A DNA stretch of 61,170 nt, filler included, from Sphacelaria rigidula (Eukaryota): assembly GCA_964200075.2 (NCBI GenBank). It is 8 parts of 8 records of this genome, joined end to end, with 100 filler letters (N's around TTAATTAATTAA, not from the genome) between each part and the next. Parts side by side here need not be neighbours in the genome. Positions count along the whole stretch, not along the records: positions 1 to 7,560 come from CAXNAA020014335.1; positions 7,661 to 15,219 come from CAXNAA020014336.1; 6 more parts are not named here. One strand, written 5' to 3'. A model generated the notes under the pieces. It made no database searches and was not told the DNA's origin. It worked only from the letters and a program-made list of their open reading frames with translations. The position numbers and the translations under genes are program-made. Below, piece by piece: positions 1 through 10,326 of this stretch; within the stretch, counting starts at the first letter, position 1, and each line of letters opens with the position of its first letter.

Positions 1-1272
1 CAAAGTGTGCGTTGGCAGCCTTCGAATCGTCGCGGCAGGTTCAGATTTCTACAGAAACACGTTCTAGACGAGCTGTGTCCACTGCTCCCCGGCCCCAGAC
101 CATATTTTTTTTCGAAACTTTATCAACTCTCAGATCGAGTAGTCATCCCCTGTCAACCATTGTGTACGAACATTCCATCAGGTCTACAGCTCTACGGGTC
201 AATGGGCCTCTTATTATGCTAGAAGTCAACGTGTGGTGTAACCATTTCAAAGATGAATGCCACGCCGGTGGAGAGCAAATGTCACTCTCAATCCCATATT
301 CAACTGTCAATTTCACGAAAAAATTGTTAACCGTCGGTTAACATTTCGCATAAATGCAAGTGATACAATTTTGAACCGGTGGTTTCCTCCCGCTCATTGG
401 TGCCGCGATTGCTAAGTACAGCGGTACAAGGGCTCACCATCCCCAGCTATTGGATCACATTCCCACGGAGAGCAATGGGCATAGAATAGTGGAGTGACTC
501 ATTATCAATATCACAATGTCGATTTACGCTTCTCCGATTGCAGGTGTGAACGGATGCTCAGCGCTCTGCTGTCTTCACTTTATATTCGTCGGCGTGGAGT
601 GCGGAGTAATGACGCATTCTTGCGGCACAGGGATTTCGACCGCAAACAGTCACAATGTTGCGCGGATTGGCGTGTCTGACACCGGCTTCGAAACGGCAGC
701 AGGTGTGACGGGTCTTGAGCAGTGAAATGTATACATGTCAGCAAAAACATGACGCGTGCAGTAGGCACTGCTGTACAATATGTACAGTTCAGCGAATCGT
801 AACCCTTGAGCACGCGCATTTCTCCGCCGATACAATGTCGTCCCTCACTGCCAATTATGGGCGACTGGCGTACCAACGCACATACAATATCCGGTGCCAT
901 TCAACATCGCGAAGTGAACGTTCAGGGTTTCTTTCACTGCCTTCGGGTAAAGCCACAGTTTAAGTAGTGCGAATATCTGGTGTCTCCATGGGCAAGTCGG
1001 TGAAATCCGCCGATGATCGGACATGATGACCTCTCCGCGATTCCCGTGGAGATTGGACAAGGCTGACAAATAAGTGCCTGCAATGTTCGATAGCGTGAAA
1101 TTTCTGTTTTCATATGCTGTAGTCTGATTCCTTCGTCATTCCTTGAAGATGTGTACCGACCCAGCTTGCGTCGTCAACTCGCGACGGGTTTCACGTCGCT
1201 GCTTAATGATCCCAGACAAGCTAAACCGCACAGCGCTCGTTCCATGTTTGTGACACAGGCAGCAAACTTTGT

Positions 1273-3138
1273 GTGGACGCCTTCACTACCGCCCTCAGCG
1301 AGGCTTCCTCAGGGGGAAGGTCGTATTTGCCGACAAAACAACTACAGCTGGCCTCACTTCAGCTCTGCATCGCCTGCCGCGGCGTAAGCACGCTATTGGT
1401 GAAAATTGATAGATCTACACCGCGCAGGCTATGGGCCGATCCCGCCCAGAAATCTCCGACTCTGATAGCTGGAAGGATGGGTCGCAATGATGAACTTCGA
1501 GTGCCCTCATTACGGGCACACAGTATTGTATGGATGTTGGGTGCTGACGCGGCAATCATGTCATGCAACACCAATAGTTTGGCCCAAGTGCGAAACTGGC
1601 ACTTTGGCTGTATGTTTGACCATAGTCTGGACTATATTATCTGGCCCCCGCAAGTGAGGAAAATAATGTTCCGGAGCGATGGTAGTTCAATGCCAGCAGG
1701 CTTCAATCAACCCATCACGGAAGTGATCTGGCCTTCTTCGCTGCAGCAGCTGACGTTCGGGACAAATTTCAACCAGCCTATCGAGGGTGTGGAGTGGCCT
1801 GCATCGCTGCAGCAACTGAAGTTTGGAGCTGGCTTCAACCAGCCGATCGAGGATGTAGCGTGGCCTACGTCGCTGCAGCAGCTGACGTTCGATTTTGCTT
1901 TCAACCAGCCTATCGAGGGTGTGGTGTGGCCTGCGTCGCTGCAGCAGCTAATCTTGGAGTATACCTTCAACCAGCCGATCGAGTGTGTGGCGTGGCCTGC
2001 GTCACTGCAACATCTGAGGTTCGGAATGAGGTTTGACCAGCCGATCGAGAGTGTGACGTGGCCTGTGTCGCTACAGAAGCTGACGTTCGGAGGTGCTTTT
2101 AACCAGCTTATCGAACGTGTGGCGTGGCCTGCGTCGCTACAGCAGCTGACGTTCGGAGCTGGCTTCAATCAGCCGGTCGAGGGTGTGACGTGGCCTACGT
2201 CGCTGCAGCAGCTGACGTTCGGGCTGGGGTTTAACCAGCCGATCGAGGGTGTGGCGTGGCCTGCGTCGCTACAGCAGCTGACGCTCGAAAGTGTCTTTAA
2301 CCAGCCGATCGAGGGTGTGGCATGGCCTGCGTCGCTGCAGCATTTGGCGCTTGATTTATTTTTTAACCAGCCGATCGAGGATGTGACGTGGCCTGCGTCA
2401 CTGCAGCAGCTGAGGTTCGGAATTCACTTCAACCAGCCGATCGAGGGTGTGGCGTGGCCTACGTCGCTGCAGCAGCTGATGTTTAGTTCTGCGTTCAACC
2501 AGCCGATGGTGTGTGTGGAGTGGCCTGCATCGCTGCAGCAGCTGGCGTTCGGAGTAATGTTCAACCAGCCTATCGAGGGTGTGGCGTGGCCTGCGTCGCT
2601 GCAGCAGCTAGCGTTTGGATGTTATTTTAACCAGCCTATCGAGGGTGTAGTTTGGCCTGCGTCGCTGCAGCAGCTGACGTTCGGAGCTGACTTCAGCCAG
2701 CCCATCGAGGGTGTGGCGTGGCCTGCGTCGCTACAGCAGCTGACTTTCGGTGATGACTTTAACCAGCCGATCAGGGTTGTGGCGTGGCCCGCGTCGCTGC
2801 AGCAGCTGACGTTCGGGCATCATTTCGACCAGACGATCGAGGGTGTGGCGTGGCCCGCGTCGCTGCGGCAGCTGACGTTCGGAAGTGACTTCAACCAGCC
2901 TGTCGAAGGCATGACGTGGCCTGCGTCGCTACAGCAGCTGACTTTCGGAGATGATTTCAACCAGCCGATCAGGGATGTAGCGTGGCCCGCGTCGCTGCAG
3001 CAGCTGACGTTCGGGCATCACTTCAACCAGCCAATCCAGGATATGTGGTGGCCTCTGTCGCTGCAGCAGCTGACAATTGGATACGAAACAACAAGCCCAT
3101 CAAAGGCGTCGGGTGACCTGTGTCGTTCAAACGGCTGA
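1273..3138 (+). CDS. FNIP-repeat (LRR-like, 22-aa unit) protein, intronless; possibly pseudogenised at both ends
   Basis: The 621-codon ORF contains 21 tandem FNQPIEGVAWPASLQQLTFGxx units. The track start is GTG and the first in-frame ATG is at 1477. An upstream ATG at 1244 is 2 nt out of frame. The stop is reached through a frameshift just after unit 21. Confidence 0.85.
   Translation: MDAFTTALSEASSGGRSYLPTKQLQLASLQLCIACRGVSTLLVKIDRSTPRRLWADPAQKSPTLIAGRMGRNDELRVPSLRAHSIVWMLGADAAIMSCNTNSLAQVRNWHFGCMFDHSLDYIIWPPQVRKIMFRSDGSSMPAGFNQPITEVIWPSSLQQLTFGTNFNQPIEGVEWPASLQQLKFGAGFNQPIEDVAWPTSLQQLTFDFAFNQPIEGVVWPASLQQLILEYTFNQPIECVAWPASLQHLRFGMRFDQPIESVTWPVSLQKLTFGGAFNQLIERVAWPASLQQLTFGAGFNQPVEGVTWPTSLQQLTFGLGFNQPIEGVAWPASLQQLTLESVFNQPIEGVAWPASLQHLALDLFFNQPIEDVTWPASLQQLRFGIHFNQPIEGVAWPTSLQQLMFSSAFNQPMVCVEWPASLQQLAFGVMFNQPIEGVAWPASLQQLAFGCYFNQPIEGVVWPASLQQLTFGADFSQPIEGVAWPASLQQLTFGDDFNQPIRVVAWPASLQQLTFGHHFDQTIEGVAWPASLRQLTFGSDFNQPVEGMTWPASLQQLTFGDDFNQPIRDVAWPASLQQLTFGHHFNQPIQDMWWPLSLQQLTIGYETTSPSKASGDLCRSNG
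1702..3087 (+). repeat. Coding tandem repeat, 21 x 66 nt
   Basis: Unit n starts at 1702+66(n-1). The core 'aaccagccgatcgagggtgtggcgtggcctgcgtcgctgcagcagctgacgttcgg' recurs. Confidence 0.97.
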
Positions 3139-3950
3139 CGTTTGGAAATTGGTTCAACCAGCCCATCGAGGGTTAGCGTGGCCAGCGTCGCTGCAGCAGC
3201 TGACGTTTGGGCAAAAATGAACAAGCGCATCAAAGACGTTGCATCAACACGGGATCTTACAAATTAAGGATGGATCTTTTATTGGGCATGAGAAACCCGG
3301 ATAATTCAAATCTTCGTATCCGCACCAAATCTTCGACATAAAGTTCTATTTCTTCACCTACTCATAGCTTTTGACAACTGCTACACGCCACAGAAACTTG
3401 GATTTCGATCACCGGAATGTTGGGATCATAGGTGAAAAACAATTTTTGCGGAATTCCGGGTGTCCGAACGTACGCCAAAATGGTTTCGAATTATTTTTTC
3501 AACTAGATTCCCAACATTTCGGTGATCGAAATCTAAATTTCTATGGTTTGTAGCAGTTGTCAATAGCTGTCAGTCGGTAAAAAAATGGAAGCATATTTCA
3601 AAGGTATGGTGTGGATATGAAGATTTTTATTCTCCGGGTTTCTCATCCCCAATGAAAGATTCTTTCTCAATTTGTAACATCCCGTGTTCATAGCGTTCAT
3701 CACTGCAGGGGCTCATGTTTGGAAATGGTTCAACACGCTGGTTGAGGGTTTCTCGTGCTCGCACAGCCGCAGCAGTTGCCTCGGGGACATTGATGCAAAC
3801 AGCCGATTGAGGGCATCATGTGGCTTGCCATCTTACATTCTGGGGCTCCTGCTCTGAAAAGCCGATCGAGAGGATGGCGTGGCCCGCATCGCTGCAGGAG
3901 CCGACATTCGGAACGGTTGGAGAAGGCTTCAAGCAGTCGATCGAGGTTTT
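3088..3950 (+). pseudogene. Decayed continuation of the FNIP array (several further units), split by a MITE
   Basis: Out-of-frame units read NKPIKGVG*PVSFKRLTFGNW, FNQPIEG-AWPASLQQLTFGQK, ..KDVA[MITE]*RSSLQGLMFGN and KPIERMAWPASLQEPTFG, with stops and indels. Confidence 0.85.
3246..3688. mobile_element. Fold-back MITE family A (AACACGGGA...TCCCGTGTT), copy 1
   Basis: Inverted arms are ~200 nt. Flanks are catc/cata (4-bp TSD, 1 mismatch). Homologous to 46862-47305 in the opposite orientation. Confidence 0.9.
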
Positions 3951-5633
3951 TCAATGTGTATGGTTGTATACAAATTACATTGCCACGGTTTGTACAACAG
4001 TAGTCGCTGCTTGTGTTGAGTTCTTCAATCGACGGGTCTTGGAATGTTTTGTACATGGGTGCAAAGCAGTGGTTGTTACATATCATGATGTTGTAGTGAC
4101 ATTGAGAGGGCGGATAGGATCGGGAATGAGAACCATTCAATTTATGTATGAAATAGTTCCAGCCCCTCCGGCTCTTTTACGAGGCCCGCCACGCTTTCTG
4201 TAGCAGCTTGCCAGTGAAGCCTTTGACATTGCCGGGTATGATATGGACATGGAGCTGTGATCACACGCCAGTGTCACAGGCAAAGAAAAACACACATAAA
4301 ATGAAGCAATTGCAACTCAGAGAGACTGACTCCCAACCTCACGAAAACATTGATATGGGTGAGTGGTTGATGTATATATGATGGTTCACTTCATGCGTAT
4401 CTACAAGTCAAGAGATTGCAACCGAGATTGTCGTCGAAGCTGCGCTTCCTCGTGCGCCGAGCGGACAAGGCCATTTCGCTTGTAACCTGCGGTGTGCCCA
4501 ATATTAGCAGGCGGGATACTCTTGATCACTAGCGTCCTTCAGTCGTTCCGATTCTGAATATGCACTACGGCCGTGAAAGAGTAAGCGCGTCAGCCGAAAC
4601 CCAACCCGAATACGGTGAAGAAGCTCACGGTGATTGATTGGAACGATTCATTTGGTCAAATATGCTGTAGAATCACCACGCAACCGGACTTCCCGGCGGT
4701 AGCCAATGGTACTACTCGAGGCACTGCGAGATTGCCTGGCGCTGAAGGCGTGGGTGTATGGGTGCGGTTGAAGATACAGCGGAGTGTCTGAGGCGGCTGT
4801 AACGGAGAACTGCAACTGGTACGATTCAACAACGATTGCGGATTGGCAGGACAAGATCAAGTCTCATACCAGTAGAGGCGAGCTGAACTGCTTTAGGAGA
4901 GGTGCGGATTATTACGACTCTAGCGCACTTGGGAGTGCATGCCACGTGTCTGTTGCGCGATTTGGGTATGAGTTACATGACATAACGTCATGGAATATTC
5001 CACGGAGTCTGACCATGACTGCTTGACGCGTGATATGTATGCAAGAGGGTACGTGGTTACTTCCGATCACGAAGGCTGTATGTTTGTGGATAGCATCTGT
5101 CTTGAAGTGTCCAAGCCCCGATGAGGAAGCTCTTGGAGCAGTTCTCTGACCTTGCTCTGAGTCCAGGAGGGTCTATAGAGGGGAGTGGGTCGACGCGCGA
5201 AGCTTGGTGACAAGTGAGGAGAAAAATGTGGCATTTATTGTTGCAGGAGTGTAAGAGTTGGCTAAGGCATAAACGGTAGCGCCAGCAGAAAGGAAGGAAA
5301 AACAGTGATGAAGGCCATCTGGTCGGCTTCTGTGGGTCGTGTTTTGAGTCTCCGGCGTAGGCAGCAGAAAATGGAAGGAGCACCAGGCTTGCGAGGAGTC
5401 ACGGCGTTATGATATTGCTTGCAAAACTGTACCACGCGGAGTGTGACGGAACGCTGTGCGAGCAAGTGCCATTTCTTCGGGAAGTTTGGGTTGTTTCCAA
5501 AAGTTGGCCAATGTCTTCTTCGGAAGCTACGTTTGATCCATGTTTGGAGGTGATGCGTTCCGGGTGACGCGCTTGTTGGCAGAGAAATTTACTGCAAGTT
5601 GTGTGTCATATGGCTATGGGAGCTCGCCCACAT

Positions 5634-6045
5634 AACACGGGATTTTGCGAGTTGGGGATTTTTTGTGATGGTGAGAAATCCGGAAAATAAAAATATTCGT
5701 ATCCACACCAAATCTTTGGAGTATGGCTCTTTTTCTTCACTTGTTAGTAGCTTTTGACAACTACTACACGCCACAAATATTTGGAATTCGATAACCGAAA
5801 TGTTAGGCAATTTTTGCGATCTGAAGGGGTCATCTCAATTCCCCATAATGTTTTCTTTGCCTAGGACCCCAACCTGCCGGTTAGGAGGATCCAAATTTGT
5901 ATGGCGTATAGTAGTTGCTAATAGCTACCAGTAGGTTCAATAGTGGAAATATTATTCGAAGACTTGGTGTGGATACGAAGGTTTGAAGTCCCCCGGTTCG
6001 CACGCTCAATAAAAAATCCAACCCCAATTTGTAAAATATCGTGTT
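5634..6045. mobile_element. Fold-back MITE family A, copy 2 (more diverged)
   Basis: Starts aacacgggatttt and ends atatcgtgtt. Shares 'tcgtatccacaccaaatctt' and 'ttttgacaactactacacgccac' with copy 1. Confidence 0.85.
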
Positions 6046-7500
6046 ATACCTGGGTTGAGGATTTTGAATGACCCGTTGAGGTGCAAGTTACCTCGGATGA
6101 GTACAGTAAAGGAGATACAGACACACCATTGCAAGAGTATGGGGACTTGGCCTGGGGCGCACGGGGGTGCGTGATCTGTTATCTAGTCAGGGCTGCAATG
6201 AAACTATCGCGATGTGTCGAAGATGGGACTTTTCTGAAGTCCTTGGTTTACGATATGCTATTGTTCCCATAAGTCCATGTTCCAAAAATTGGGGAGTACA
6301 CAAATGGTCGTCAGACGCAAGGAACATTCAGAATCCCACTGAGACATTTTAAGCGAAGATACATTTCACCCTCATCAAGGTGAGATGCGATGCCGTCAGT
6401 GAAGACGTAGCCGAGCAAAACCCACGCTCGAATTGGAGGATAATAAGGTGTTTAAACTATCACTCGAGGGGAGGTCGATCAGGGTAGTGCTCGTGGAAGT
6501 TTCGGCCACGATATAATTTTCAAAAGGGTTATTCTGGTCGATGAAACATCCACTCTTCAGTTTGCTGTTAAAGTGTACACCGCGCCGTGAGTGAGTTGGA
6601 AAGTATGAAGCCCTCGGCACAACGAGGCCCAATTTCCAGGTAGAACCTAGTTAAATGTGATGCTGCACTGTCACTTCCAGAGGGTGGTCAAGCAAAGGCC
6701 AGGGCGTTCGCGTCGAGCGTGAAGTCCAATGAGAAATTTTCGTTTTCAGGCATTGGGTGTGGTCATGTTGCATCACCGATGGACACTGATAATCGGTATA
6801 TCTGACGCAACTACGAAAAGAAAGGACGTTTTTTGGTCTTACTGGGTCTTACTGCAGATGGTCAGGCGAATGCGTATGAACTGAAGTCGATGGTCGAACA
6901 AGTCGTATATGCATAGTTTGTTGACTGGTGATATATGGCAGGAAGAATATGTTGGGACAGGATCATCATCATATCCTCCCCATGGTGACCTTTGTCTAGG
7001 CTGTAAACATGGCATTTTGCAAGTTGGGGATGAAACTTTAATTAGGAACGGGCGAGGTCAAACGTTGGACCGAAAAATACGAAGAGTATTTCTTAAAAAA
7101 ATATTCTTTTATCACTTGTCTAATAGTCGCGCGAGGTCTCGGAGGGTATTCAGCGAAGGTGCGTATTTGACTACTGCCGAGTTTTTATTGTTATGCACCT
7201 CTAGTAATACAATGCTGCAGTACTCTATGCACGTGTTGTATAGTTTCTGAACATGGCATCGTCCCGCGGATATCGCCCTGCTGCATTCACTGCGACATGC
7301 AGATGTCCCAGGCCGGCGTTTTTGAACATGCCGCCCCTACTACCAACAGTGTCAGCTACCTCTTATTATTGGTGACACCGCGTTTCAATAACACGAAGCT
7401 GAGATTTGTTGTAATAACCAAGGGTAGGCAACAAAAAAAAACCTCGACCCCCACTCCATTTTCCTCAGTAGTGGGCCGACCGAGGGGTGGAGGGAGGGAA

Positions 7501-7560
7501 GGGTGTACTCATGATCATGCATGCCATAGCCATAAGATCATTGACCTCGCATCCCTACAA
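7501..7560 (+). repeat. Interspersed repeat family G end (GGGTGTACTCATGATCATGCATGCC...ATTGACCTCGCATCCCTACAA)
   Basis: The same sequence occurs at ~29410-29520 and ~39763-39870. A related variant occurs at ~11225-11300 (+), ~30715-30785 (-) and ~45998-46065 (-). Confidence 0.7.
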
Positions 7561-7660
7561 NNNNNNNNNNNNNNNNNNNNNNNNNNNNNNNNNNNNNNNN
7601 NNNNTTAATTAATTAANNNNNNNNNNNNNNNNNNNNNNNNNNNNNNNNNNNNNNNNNNNN
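7561..7660. other. Artificial contig linker N44-TTAATTAATTAA-N44
   Basis: The identical 100-nt linker also occurs at 15220-15319, 22879-22978, 30538-30637, 38197-38296, 45856-45955 and 53514-53613. Confidence 0.98.
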
Positions 7661-7890
7661 ATCGCCGAGCGAGGACACACAAACGACACGGGCGAGGAGC
7701 TTTCTCTCTGCCGTTGCTCCTTTCTCTGGTGATATCGTCATCGACACGCGTGTACACTGCATTCGTTGGGTGCACCTAGCCCGAACTGCCCAACTCTTCC
7801 TGCGGAGTTTTGGGGGGAAATACTTGTCTTCTGTGTTACCGTTTGGTATTTTCCCAACGAAAGCGGGGTGCGGGTTGAACCTCATCTTTT
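7661..7890 (+). repeat. Interspersed repeat family H, copy 1
   Basis: Aligns by eye with 15453-15682 ('tctctggtgatatcgtcatcgacacgcgtgtacac'). A diverged inverted copy lies at ~21735-21850. Confidence 0.8.
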
Positions 7891-9661
7891 AGTTCAACCC
7901 CAAAAATTAGGATCCGCTCTTCTCTGCTGTTCGAAATAAATCCTTTTGGCCTGATTCCAATAATTTGAAATCAGGACTTTTGAAAACTCCAGATGTTCAT
8001 AGCACTTGTGCCTCCAAAAGAAATCCAGGGGATTTTCATATCGACACAGACCTTCGAAGGCCCCAACATTAAAAATCCTCTAGAGGATTACGAATACCCA
8101 AGATCTTCTGGGGGGGATTTTAAAACGGACGGAACCGAGGATGGCGTTTGACAACTCCTCTACGAGGTAGCCGAATGGCCGCGTGTGTAACCCTCAGACC
8201 GCGGTGAGGGTAGTCCATCTGAATCACGCATACTTTTTTGAAGTGAAAATTGATGCCGATTCAGCAGGTGACCCACCCTCGCGTGCCGTGGTATTGGGCA
8301 GCAGAGCAAGCCACACCCCAAGGTGGATGAGATTATGGCAAGCCCGTCCTGTGATCAACTCGTTTTATCAAACTGTGGGTTCTTTCTCTTGTAAATCAAC
8401 TGGCTGTGTGGGGAATCACACAGCCCAAGGCCAGGAAACAAGTAACAATTGAGGGTGAGGGTAAAAGTACAGCACAACAAGAGACTCACGTCAGTGCTGT
8501 GGCTCGCGACACTGTAGGCAGGGAGACCGGTGGTTGCTGGTGATCGTAAAGAGCTCTTCTCATACCCAATAGATGCCTGCAGACTGCGGTCCGTGTGTCG
8601 AGTGACCTCGGTAGGCGAGGTACAACAGCTGGGGAAAGCTATTCTGTCAGTACGTCCTCCTGCCCCGCTTTCAACCTTATCATAATACAAAATCACCGTG
8701 ACGCGCCGTGCCTTTAGCCAATCAAAGCTGTAGTAGCAGCAGGTACACGCGGCTAATCGGGTACAATCTTGTACCCCGCTTCAAGCAGCTGCGTCAATGA
8801 ATACAAACAATCCAAATCCTGCCTTACACAACACACATTCGACTAGAGTCTTTCCATACCCGCCGGTCGTTTCTGGAGACCATCTGCGAACCCCAAAGAA
8901 CTAGTTTAATTCAGGCACTCAGTCATTTACCACCACATTAGCCCACCCTAGATCGTTCAAGTGCAGTTCCTTTTCAGAAGGAACTAACTTGCATCGAGCC
9001 ACACCTCTCCCACACCACAGAAAATTGAAAATTATTTTGAAGATCGAGTCTTCGTTGGTACGGGGAACGGGAAGGGGCGATCAACACAAAAAAATCAATG
9101 AAATACAAACACAAGCACAACGCAAAGAGAAGAAAATCGAACCGATAGAATGATTTAGTGTCCTCATGTTCCGTGAGCATTGCAGACGGAGTCATAGGAA
9201 ACCCAAAAAAACACATCCAAAATCAACAATCAAAACCATATACCACAAAATGCAGTGTCTTCAGAATGCCGTGGGCATTTCCGGAATAGCCACAGGAAAT
9301 CAGAGAACTATCATTGAAACTATTATCCTACCCCGCCATAACTATATCATGAATATAAGAGTTTACTCTTTTCCGGATGTTCGATTTGTTTTATGTCATT
9401 GGTAAAAAAAACAAGCAAGCCCGCCGAGGCATTTTATCACTCCGATAACCAAGTTCATGCTAATCACTCGTCCCAGTCAATCGGCAAAAGCCAGCAACGT
9501 ACAGCCGATTTCGTCGCGAAAAAGGTGGTTTCCGGCGAAAATCATACGTTGGGAGAAAAAAAAAAAAACGAATGGAATGATACGGACAAATCAACCCGTT
9601 TGACGTGAGTTAATTATCGGTACATGTTTGTAAGAGCAACGACTTGCTTGGGACGTCTAGT

Positions 9662-10310
9662 TGATGATCCAGCCGTACAGCATTCTTTTTTTCTCACACG
9701 ACGATGCGAAAACAACCGACCGGTTTGTGAGGTCAGGTGTCCGTACACGTCAAAACAAACGTAGTGAACGATACACAACCTTCGGTCCTACTACGTCTAC
9801 TACGTAGCTCCGAGGCGGATCGCTCAGCACATTTCTGAACCACGACAAATACACGGGACAGAGAGGACCAACGCAGCCCATTCCTCAAGGTATTTGCCCG
9901 TTCGGACTAAAGCGAGACTGGCCCAAACACAAACTGGAGTAAGAACCACAGCCGGTCGTACCGTCACGTTACTTCGTCCAAAAACCCTTGATCGAAACAA
10001 ACCACCACCGACCGATTTCAGGGGCGGGTAGTTGTAAGCAAAAAGCTGGTAAAAGTGACAGAAAAAATAGCGAGTGGCGGACTCTGAGCCTGTAGGCTGT
10101 ACCAAGGGTCGAAGATCGACATGGCGGAACGGATAGTTCCGGAAGAGCAATCTGCCTCATCATGATACGTAATGGTCCTGTATGAGGAGACGTTTGCAAC
10201 CGATTATACCGCGACTCCCTGATAAACGTAACACCGCCATGTACGACGTGGTCAGTGGTGATCTCGTTGTAACTTACCAATCACCAAGTATAAATCATCG
10301 CGTCGCATCA
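9662..10310 (-). repeat. Putative 3' LTR of the Gypsy element (low-coordinate boundary uncertain)
   Basis: The minus strand reads purine tract AAAGGAGGGTCACGGG then TGATGC at 10310. A candidate matching end tgatga is at 9662. No second LTR is available for comparison. Confidence 0.45.
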
Positions 10311-10326
10311 CCCGTGACCCTCCTTT
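10311..10326 (-). other. Putative polypurine tract (PPT)
   Basis: Minus-strand AAAGGAGGGTCACGGG directly precedes TG, downstream of pol. Confidence 0.5.

Noticed and set aside
1707-2168. Antisense ORF with repeated SCCSDAGH
   Set aside because: It is the shadow of the FNIP repeat on the opposite strand.
1702-3087. FNIP array as a CRISPR or diversity-generating retroelement target
   Set aside because: The repeat is an in-frame coding unit, the variation is not adenine-specific, and the only RT in the window is a Gypsy fragment on a different contig.
6330-6420. RNase H-like YVFTDG on the minus strand
   Set aside because: It is an isolated hexapeptide without the other RNase H motifs.
7605-7616. 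TTAATTAATTAA recurring every ~7.66 kb as a biological motif
   Set aside because: It is always centred in exactly 88 Ns and puts stops in all six frames. It is an assembly linker.
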